A stretch of DNA of 64,000 nucleotides, taken from positions 1 through 64,000 of IMG/VR virus record IMGVR_UViG_3300028920_000035; one strand, written 5' to 3'. Numbering within the stretch: the first letter of the stretch is position 1; each line of letters opens with the position of its first letter. Below are positions 55,901 to 63,400 of this stretch, in pieces. The DNA is from a virus. A program made the translations under genes and the position numbers. A model generated the notes under the pieces. It did no database searches and had not been told where the DNA came from. It worked only from the letters and a program-made list of their open reading frames with translations.

Positions 55901-56373
55901 CCGATTATGAGCGGGTGACCAGCCTCGATATAGGGGGCAACCGTGCCTTCATCCTCACCGATGCTCTTGACTACCCCACGACCGATGGTGGGGGCCTGGT
56001 CACCGAACACAAGGGCGTGTTCCAGGACGACCGGGCGATGACGCTCAGCTCGACTTTTACCACGGTCGCTTTGACAGCTCCTGGAGCCTTCATCATCGGT
56101 GCCGACGGCGCCATCATCAACGGGTACACAGACGATGTCACGCTCATCGCTGACGGCTTCACGGATCCGGAGGAGATTAAGGCCGAACGCGTACGGCGCA
56201 CCGCCAACCACGTCCTGGTCGCGCTCGCGGGATCAGTCGACGTTCCGACGGACCATGACTACGCGGCGAGCTACGTAGTCCGCAACGATTCTGGCCCACA
56301 CGACCTCGTGGCTTCACAGGTTGAGTTCGTGAGCCAAGGACCCTTCACCATTACCATCCGTGAGACAAGCTAA
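52939..56373 (+). CDS. Baseplate J-like (gp6-like) wedge protein
   Basis: 1144 aa; PGSTTRDV, AIGEVVFY, AESPGSAGN, FGRNRESNHDLAIR, GGKVDVWV are baseplate-J motifs. Confidence 0.85.
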   Translation: MATAPQIDLRDGSGDTAQAVEFSTNQDFVSLTGMVTTNTVDLQVAINSSTFVSDPTLVKLDGANFTVPNPDLMPDGIPLDSGINTIQLRAIDISGGVSAPSTAQVSRITLDRNVEDLIPTGVRLRRRRDSVQILCTQQSTASVGDQPDDLEFRGFNFYASTAPGGTTGYYKVNRTPVTDIDTIEEDFYPLDGGEIETTWSPTGNYIRIEVTEVDEFGVELHRHVDSTLNARMVESDLKFTSELTGITRTDFAAFIHNRNGGSNIINSDLFLGVPDSDPLYYVVAGVYYDPVVNVEFESPYSQELVGKPHVIDTAIRDLPGRRQIDVVVDYVDAVQRVNTEIALIPGSTTRDVSIDPFASEVERIWFLLDFVHRSQSFLTLLQIDDVNNDGVSDPVRNSAYKQALKAALGYTNDQAVQNLIDTQFEKLASNFDKARLSGRAAIGEVVFYTATRPVEDKTIATGTVVSTDSDNGTASRFIVGGTFVMLAANADAYYNFDTQRYEIVADVVAESPGSAGNRPANTIKNVQGDVGGLSVTNTEATVFGRNRESNHDLAIRAQLGFSSVDTGTEGGYLETSANQVGVIKSKVVKSGDPLMMRDWDPIRVKHIGGKVDVWVQGLKERTVTDTFAFTFDIARDIRCDIIDVANLTFRVQDSRVTEDTPIIEILDNLTQGLGVRNVTAAANYDLSGVTILDYNTFQLNTSIPQPTTAIDDVITADYRFRSINQFIFTLQPVRRVISVVGETSGALDPLLGYDLYKTDDPLLDGESTIAQNYLVINQVGGIPSGDTVPVNDETHVLIGFFEEPLASVGINTATLRIFNEERTVEYNGPDATVPDYDIVGGTPTTPIRVVRTNDSQIVSGETVSVDYEHDENFVVTYVVNDLLQELQATFNQQRHITADVLAKQAVENELVLETSVQLNPGAKKDKADPAIRSNVSVELNSRTIGQGVAQSDVIQSIDATEGVDFQVLPLAKMGYSDGSVKLREGVRTDYERVTSLDIGGNRAFILTDALDYPTTDGGGLVTEHKGVFQDDRAMTLSSTFTTVALTAPGAFIIGADGAIINGYTDDVTLIADGFTDPEEIKAERVRRTANHVLVALAGSVDVPTDHDYAASYVVRNDSGPHDLVASQVEFVSQGPFTITIRETS

Positions 56374-57189
56374 GTGGCCCGCTTCGTCATTGATCCGAAT
56401 CGGATCAACTTCAACATCGAACGCAAGGGCAAGGAGTATCAACTCCGGGTAATCCAGCGGGCCCAGACTATCTTCTCAACCCTCCTAAACCTCCTACCTT
56501 CCAACTATGTGGCAGCCGTTCAAGGTGCCAACTACACCAATGAGTTGAAGGTCGTCGCGGTTGAGCTGGCGAAGATTGAGCTAGAGCTGGAAGACATCAA
56601 CCTGGACATCGACTTCAGCGCCACGAGGTCTGAGTTCCTGTACTCAATCGCGGGGTACCTGGTCTTCCTCAACGGTCGCATCCCTGCACTGGAGTTCGAT
56701 GGTGAGGAGTTCCGGCGCTTCGTCCTGTCGCTCATCCGAATCTATTTCCAAGGGTCAGTCCCCAAGAGCATTCGAGATGCGGTAGACTTGTTTTTGGCGG
56801 GCGAGTTCGAGGTCTTGGAGAACTTCCTCTTGGTGCGACAGGGGGTGAGCGGGCTCGACATCAGCGATCAGTTCGGATTCCAGGTGAACGTCGAAGCCCC
56901 CCCGGGGGAGGGTCTCCCCGAGGACATTTTCGGGATTCAGGGTGCGATCAAAACCGTCGTCAACGTGGTTCGACCAGCCCACACCCTGTTCAGGATTAGG
57001 TACATTTTCAACGACGACTACGTACCAAATGGTGAAATTGGTGAGGTTTTAGACGCCATGCGCTGGTGGCTAGCTGCGTACTACTACGACGATTTCCGTT
57101 CCTACTGGGACGGTCTTCGGGACCGTGATCGGCTGGGGCGCAAGACCAATTGCCGGGTAACCGGTGAAGACCACTCGGCCGATTTTTGA
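56374..57189 (+). CDS. Baseplate wedge protein (P2 gpI / gp7-like)
   Basis: 271 aa; EEFRRFVLSLIRIYFQGS..SI...VVRPAHTL follows the gpI pattern; directly after J. Confidence 0.65.
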   Translation: MARFVIDPNRINFNIERKGKEYQLRVIQRAQTIFSTLLNLLPSNYVAAVQGANYTNELKVVAVELAKIELELEDINLDIDFSATRSEFLYSIAGYLVFLNGRIPALEFDGEEFRRFVLSLIRIYFQGSVPKSIRDAVDLFLAGEFEVLENFLLVRQGVSGLDISDQFGFQVNVEAPPGEGLPEDIFGIQGAIKTVVNVVRPAHTLFRIRYIFNDDYVPNGEIGEVLDAMRWWLAAYYYDDFRSYWDGLRDRDRLGRKTNCRVTGEDHSADF

Positions 57190-57235
57190 GAATCTGCTTT
57201 TACCCAGCCTCAGGGCAACGGAGGACAACCGACCA

Positions 57236-57781
57236 ATGCTCATCCAAAGCCACTCGCTCAAGGCCCGCGCCTGTGTTCGCGTCCACCACGAGCGCGCCTA
57301 CGACTATGACGACCAGACTGGACTCTACCTCTACAAGCAGGCGGACGAGGACGAAGAGGTCGGCAACCTCGTGACCGATGCGGGGCGTGTCGTATTGCAC
57401 ACCTTCATCTATGGCTCGTCGGCTCAGCGCACATCGGCGGGGCTCGGCACCGGGATGTATTGGATCGGTCTCTCCGACGACGCCAGCGCCCCCGCAGCGG
57501 GCGACACTTCGCTTGCGAGCGAGCTGACCGCTGACGGTTTGGCTCGTGCCGATGCCAGCACGACGGGCACCATCACGCTCCCAACGGGCTCCGGCACCAT
57601 CACCACGATCTCGAACCAATTCACCTACACTGGCGCTTCCCAGGGTGTTCAGAAGACAGCGCTCTTCGACGACGCGGGGCCACCCGTCAACGGCAACATG
57701 GCTCACGAGATCCAATTTACGCAGCGGACCCTGTTTACAAATGATACGTTGACGCTGACGTTTTCCATAACGCTTACGTAG
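57236..57781 (+). CDS. Tail-fibre-associated structural protein
   Basis: 181 aa from ATG 57236 (GGAGG upstream); NLVTDAGR...IGLSD...AAGDTSLASE...DTLTLTFSITL is a common phage fibre-base module. Confidence 0.65.
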   Translation: MLIQSHSLKARACVRVHHERAYDYDDQTGLYLYKQADEDEEVGNLVTDAGRVVLHTFIYGSSAQRTSAGLGTGMYWIGLSDDASAPAAGDTSLASELTADGLARADASTTGTITLPTGSGTITTISNQFTYTGASQGVQKTALFDDAGPPVNGNMAHEIQFTQRTLFTNDTLTLTFSITLT

Positions 57782-57785
57782 ACTT

Positions 57786-57807
57786 AGCCCCCCTTCGGGT
57801 GGGTTTT
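57786..57807 (+). terminator. Rho-independent terminator with cUUCGg loop
   Basis: AGCCCCCC-TTCG-GGTGGGTTTT, 4 nt after the stop codon. Confidence 0.7.
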
Positions 57808-57809
57808 AA

Positions 57810-57940
57810 CAAGAGGACGTGGTGGCCGAGCTGGGCATCGCGGCCAAGACGCTGCGTCAGGGCTCAAGGCAGCAGGGCTTGTGGTGCCCCAACGGGCGCC
57901 TTCCGCCGCTCGCGAACGTGACAGGCAGGTAGCCATCTAA
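57810..57940 (+). pseudogene. Frameshifted HTH gene remnant
   Basis: QEDVVAELGIAAKTLRQ, then after a 1-nt deletion at ~57861 LKAAGLVVPQR...; resembles the HTH of the 13939 protein. Confidence 0.45.
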
Positions 57941-57992
57941 AGCAGCCTGCTTTGTTGCATTTTGGAAGAACTATTTGTGCCCGACTTCGAGT

Positions 57993-58412
57993 ATGAAACT
58001 CTCTGATCCTCGTGACCTACAGCTTGAACTCCAGGCCCTTCGTCGGTACGCCGCGTCCCCACGACCGTCCCGCAAGCTGATTGCCGAAGTCCTTCAGGCA
58101 CTTGCCGCCAGCGTCGAAGGGGAAGGCCGCTCGAAGACCGCTCGGGGAGGATTCAACCCCCTTCTGGTGGACCAGATTCGGGACATGACCAACCGGAACC
58201 ACCACACACGGGCGATGGCTTTGGGTGCCAAGATGCTGGGATACACGCACCTGGCCAAGCGCATACAGCTCCTATCTCAGCTGGTTGACTTGGAGGGCTA
58301 CCTGCCCCCCACGCTCAAGAATTATTCCAACGGTCTGTACGATGTCTTGATGGGGCAGGCCGAGCGTACTCTTTCAAAAGAAGAGTACGCTGAGTTCTAT
58401 GCTGCATTCTGA
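57993..58412 (+). CDS. Small helical protein (leader + KTA + cargo domain)
   Basis: 139 aa from ATG 57993; all-alpha, unlike the flanking beta-rich fibre genes. Confidence 0.75.
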   Translation: MKLSDPRDLQLELQALRRYAASPRPSRKLIAEVLQALAASVEGEGRSKTARGGFNPLLVDQIRDMTNRNHHTRAMALGAKMLGYTHLAKRIQLLSQLVDLEGYLPPTLKNYSNGLYDVLMGQAERTLSKEEYAEFYAAF

Positions 58413-58450
58413 CCGGCACTGATCGTCTTGTGCACCGTGGTTAGGGAGTC

Positions 58451-59725
58451 ATGGCATTCGCGACGATCCAAATCACTCAGGGCGCAACCGTCGGAGGGGG
58501 TGGTGAGTCTGTCATTGGCCTCGTTCCTGGCACCGACATCACACTGACCGACTCTGGGGGTGCCGGCGCCACGAGCTACCTTTGGGAGATTCTCCAGTGG
58601 CCTGCTCCTGATGCGGTAGCACCCACTTTGGTCAATTCGACCAACCAGGTCTGCACGGTTCAAGCAGGAGCAGGTCTGACCGACGGTGTGTACATCGTTC
58701 GTCTGACCCGGGATGATCCGGCTGATGGTGTATCAGCAGACACCAAATTCTTTGCCGTCGCGGACGACGACGGGCTGTCGTTGCCTGTGGCCGGCATGAA
58801 CCGCACAATGAGCAACGTCTTAGGCTCCAGCGAGGCCCAAAAAGCGGGTTGGTTCGGGTCCACGGCGGGAGGCACCAACGTCTTCCTCGACGCCTACTTG
58901 CGTCTCAGAAGGGCCAGGGAAGGCCTATCCAAGGTTAGTTCGAATGACACCACCTTTCTCCATCTGGAGAACAAGGTGGCCGTCGGGGTTGGTATCAGTA
59001 AGCAGACCCTCAACGATGGCGCTTCAGAGCAGGTCGAGCTGAGTTCTTTGCTGGAGACCATCTTGACCCCTACCCTGATCACCGCGGATCAGGACGACTA
59101 CACCCCTACGGGGTTCGGACCCGCGGGCGTCTTGCGCCTTTCGACAAATGCCTCGCGCACCATTACGGGCTTCGGGACGGCCACCGAGCAGCCCATCAAG
59201 CACCTTGTGAACGTGGGCTCGAATGACCTCGTTCTATCCCACCAGAACAGCAACTCGACGGCGGCCAACCGCATCACGACCCCCGATGGCCAGAACTTCA
59301 CGATTAGCCCCAATGGGACTACTGCCCTTTGGTACGACACCACCAGCTTGACGTGGCGAATTCTTGACTATTCAAGCGGTGGTAATGGGGGCGCCGTTGC
59401 TGAGTCGTTCATCAGCCCCACAGCTCTGGCAGCCAACACCGACGACTATGGTCCCACGGATTGGCAGACGGCCACCGTGGTGCGTCTCAGCACAAATGGT
59501 AGTGACTACGACATCACGGGCTTTGTGGCCCCCACGGGAGACGCAGTTCGGAAAACGCTCATCAACGTCGATTCGACGTCGACCATCACTCTGAAGAACG
59601 AGGACTCCAACTCGACGGCGACCAACCGCATCACCACGTCCCCCGGTACAGGATTTGCCATGCTGCCTGAGGATGCCGTCGAGATCTTGTACGACCCAAC
59701 CAGCGAGCGGTGGAGGACGGTGTGA
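58451..59725 (+). CDS. Tail fibre / receptor-binding-like protein with PKD-like N-domain and duplicated C-domain
   Basis: 424 aa; SYLWEIL..P...GVYIVRLT (PKD-like); two ~100-aa repeats (DDY.PT...VLRLSTN...ITGF...NSTA.NRITT...YD.TS..WR). Confidence 0.7.
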   Translation: MAFATIQITQGATVGGGGESVIGLVPGTDITLTDSGGAGATSYLWEILQWPAPDAVAPTLVNSTNQVCTVQAGAGLTDGVYIVRLTRDDPADGVSADTKFFAVADDDGLSLPVAGMNRTMSNVLGSSEAQKAGWFGSTAGGTNVFLDAYLRLRRAREGLSKVSSNDTTFLHLENKVAVGVGISKQTLNDGASEQVELSSLLETILTPTLITADQDDYTPTGFGPAGVLRLSTNASRTITGFGTATEQPIKHLVNVGSNDLVLSHQNSNSTAANRITTPDGQNFTISPNGTTALWYDTTSLTWRILDYSSGGNGGAVAESFISPTALAANTDDYGPTDWQTATVVRLSTNGSDYDITGFVAPTGDAVRKTLINVDSTSTITLKNEDSNSTATNRITTSPGTGFAMLPEDAVEILYDPTSERWRTV

Positions 59726-60417
59726 CTTTTCTCGAACGGCCCATGGTCCATGACTCCAACGACGTCGTCATTTGGCGCGGGGATGGGGTATCTGGCAATT
59801 CCATCAGCAATCTCGGGTCTGGGGGCTCGTCCTACGATCTAGTCGGAAGCGGGGCAAGCGTTACCACGGGGGCAGCGCCTTTCTGGTCGAGTTTCAACTC
59901 CGACGCGGAGTTCTACCAGAGTGCCAACATGGCGTTCGGGGTTTCGCTGACGAGTGGGATCACCATCTCCTGTTGGATTTACACGTCGGCTCCATCGTCC
60001 CTGGATCGAATCATCATCAAGCAGAACAACGCTACCTGGGCAGGCTCACCCATCTACCCGGTGGGGTTGATCATGCAGGGCTCCACAGAGGTTCGAGCGG
60101 TCGTGAATGATGCAGCAGCTCAGGTAGTGGCTACCAGCGTCGGGGTTGGGGCTTGGCACCACGCGGGGCTGACAGTCAATGCCGCACAGGACACTCTTGA
60201 GTTCTATGTGGACGGTATTTCAAAGGGGGCTGACACCATTTCAGGAGGTCTTGACCTGGACAACGACAACGGTCCCTGGTGCCTTGGGGGTCGTACTAAC
60301 TCAAACTTTTTCGGGGGAAACATCTGGGATGCTCGGATCGCTACCACCGTGCGGCCCGCGGCCTGGTTTCAGAACAGTTATGTGCGAGGTCTGCGGTTCT
60401 TCGGCACCTATGCCTGA
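59722..60417 (+). CDS. LamG / concanavalin-A-like lectin domain protein
   Basis: GTG overlapping the previous stop, GGAGG upstream; ITISCWIY, WHHAGLTV, LEFYVDG, FFGGNIWDARI. Confidence 0.8.
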   Translation: MTFLERPMVHDSNDVVIWRGDGVSGNSISNLGSGGSSYDLVGSGASVTTGAAPFWSSFNSDAEFYQSANMAFGVSLTSGITISCWIYTSAPSSLDRIIIKQNNATWAGSPIYPVGLIMQGSTEVRAVVNDAAAQVVATSVGVGAWHHAGLTVNAAQDTLEFYVDGISKGADTISGGLDLDNDNGPWCLGGRTNSNFFGGNIWDARIATTVRPAAWFQNSYVRGLRFFGTYA

Positions 60418-60455
60418 TTTCTGGGTTTCCTTCTATGCTCTTGCTCAGGGCGTAG

Positions 60456-63400
60456 ATGTCCTACGGACAAGGTGAGTATGGTCAACAAGGGTACGGCGGC
60501 TCCAGTTACGAGTCAGGCGGCCCTCAGCTCGTTAGCAGTGATCCCCCCGATTCGGGGACCGGTGTCAATGTCGATACCCCTATCGAGATGGTTTTGGCGA
60601 GCCCTGCCTCGCTTGACCTCAACACCCTGAACGTTGACATCGATGGTGCTCAAGCCATCGTCGGAGGGGTTTTCCAGGCTGGGTACACCGGTACCATCGA
60701 CCAGGACCCCGAGACCGAGATGGTGGTCACCATCTTGACGCACCCACAGTTCCCGGTGAGCGATGTCACCGTCGACATCACGATCACCGACCTTGCTGGG
60801 TTGTTGGCGACTCCTTCGTTCACTTTCACGGCCGGTCAGCTCGAAGAGACTGTGACCCTTGCCGAGACGGCGGCGGTCACCGTGGGCCACGCCGTCCCTG
60901 TGGCGGACTCGGTGGCCCTTGCTGAGGCGTTTTCTGAGGGTCCCGTTGTTAGTGAGTCCCTGGCTGTTTCTGACGCCGTAGTCAGCTATGAGGGCCAGGG
61001 CGTTGGCGCCCCCGACACGCTGTCCCTGTCGGAAGCCATCGAGCTGGGTCAGGGCCTGATCGTTGGTGTCACCGACTCCTTGGTTCTGGCTGATTTCGCC
61101 TACACGAGGGAGGCTGTCGAGGTCGCTGACAGCTTGGCCATCAGCGACGCCATCAACATCGGAACCGGAATCGACGTTCCTGAGACGTTGACCCTTTCTG
61201 ACAGCCTAGAAACCCTTCAAGCGCTTCAGGCCACAGTCCTCGACTACGCTTCAGCGTTTGAGACCGTCACTCTGAGTGTGGGCATAATCGTTGGGGTGGC
61301 GGACTCGCTGACCCTGACTGACGGGCTCGAAGAGTCCGTAGCCTACGCTGACGACCCCCTTACCGTGACCGACGGGGTGGAGGTCCTGGCCGGGCGCCAA
61401 GTGGGTGTCACCGACTCCCTTGCTTTGACCGAGAGCGTGGGCTTTGGTCGTGAGCACACTGTAGCAGAGTCCCTGACGGTTTCGGGTGCCGTTGATGCCG
61501 ACATGGGGCTGTCGGTTTCCGAAACCCTGAGCGCTTCTGACGCTGTAGGGACCGAGCAAGCACATGCTCGGGGGGCCTCGGAGACCGTTTCGCTATCGGA
61601 GGTTCTGGCCACTAGCGCGGGGCACAAGGCTACCGCCGCGGAAACCGTCTCAATCACCGAGAATGCGCTGAGCATCGACATCGGGGCAAACGTTTCGGAA
61701 TCCCTGAGCTTGTCCGAAGGAGTTGTTCCGGAGCAGGCCGCTGGGGTCACCGTCAATGAGACCATGAGCGTCACCGAGGGCGCTCTTGACATTGACCGAG
61801 GGACCACGGTCCTCGACTACCTGACTTCTTCTGACGGAGTTGCCGTCGAGCAGGCGACTCCTGTTCAGGATTCGGTTTCGGTTAGCGACGCCGCTGAGGC
61901 CGTCCAGGGCTACGAGGTAGGGGTCAGCGACTCCTTGCCTACCTTGGATTCGATCTCCACGGTGGTGGGGCAGGTTCTGCCCGTGTCCGACTTGATGGGC
62001 ACCGTCGATGCAGTTGATGTCAATGTCGAGATCACTCTCCCCGACTCCCTATCCACCAGTGATGCAGTGGGACCCTCTGCGGGTAATGCCCAGCCTGTTG
62101 CTGATGTCGTCGTAGCCGGGGATGCCGCCCAGACCCAATCCGACGCTTCGACTACCGTTGCCGACTCGACTACCTTGGCCGAGGGCCTCGACGTCGGCGT
62201 CTCGGTCATCCTGTCTGAATCATTGGCCGTCAGCGACGACGTGGGGGCCCAGCAGGGGTATCAGGTTCCCACGGGCGACGCGCTGGCGGTAGCCGATGTC
62301 GTTGGCACCGAGCAGGAGTATCAGGTCCCGGTTGCCGACTCTACGGCCACCAGCGACTCCTTCGGGCTGGGGGTCAGCATTGACGTCACGGAATCCTTAG
62401 GGGCTTTCGATAACGTCACCGAGAGTCGACTCGACCGTACCGTGGAGGCGGCCGAATCTGCTTCGGCTGTTGATGCCCTTGACGAGCAGGTTGGTCAAGG
62501 GGTGGTTGTCTCCGAAATCGCTTCGGTGGGGGATCTTGCCTCGTTAGGAGAGGGCCAGGTCGTCGGAGAAGCTCTGACAGTCGCCGATACCGTAGCGACC
62601 TCGATTCCAGAGACCGTCAACGTGGGGGACACCCTCACCGTTTCAGACGTCACTTCCCAAGGGTACGACGTTGGAATCGAAGTTGCGGAGGCCCTGGCTC
62701 TCACCGACGCCACGGCACCTTCCCGCAACGAAGACTTTGGGGTCGCCGAGACGCTGGCGATTCAAGAGCAGCTGTCCACGGGCTCGTTTCAGCTCATCAC
62801 AGGTGGGGACGGGCGCCTCCTGGAGGTCTACTTCACACAAGAAATACGGGTGGATGGGGTCTCCAACCTCTCGAACTACACTCTGGAGCCGACCCTTGAA
62901 TCCGACGGCGTGCCGGTTGCCATTCGATCAGCTGAGCCTATCTACGAGACCTTCCAGACGGGCTCTTCAGCTTTCTTGGCACCCAACAACCCTACGGACC
63001 TTTTCACTCGTCGGGTCTCGATCAACGGTGTGCTCAAGTCGGTCGAGCACGTGGGAACCTACTTCAGAATCTTGACCGGTCAGAACGTTGGAATCTATCG
63101 TATCGTCTCTATCGAGCAGGAGATTCCGGGGATTGCCATCGTAGATCGGGACCTTCAAACGGTCGACAACCTCTCCCTGGTTTGGCATCACACGTCGGCG
63201 GTTCGAGGGGTTCGGTTCCGAACCACCAAGTTCACTAACCTCCAGCCTTACCACTTTGAGGCTCGCAACCTGAAATCATGGGTTGCCGGCACTTCCGTGA
63301 CCGAGAGTGGCAACTTCCTGGCGCAGAACATCCCGGCCCCCCGTCTTCTGGAGGTCGAACCTCAGGACGACGGGTCCCTCATCGTCACTTATGACGAGAC

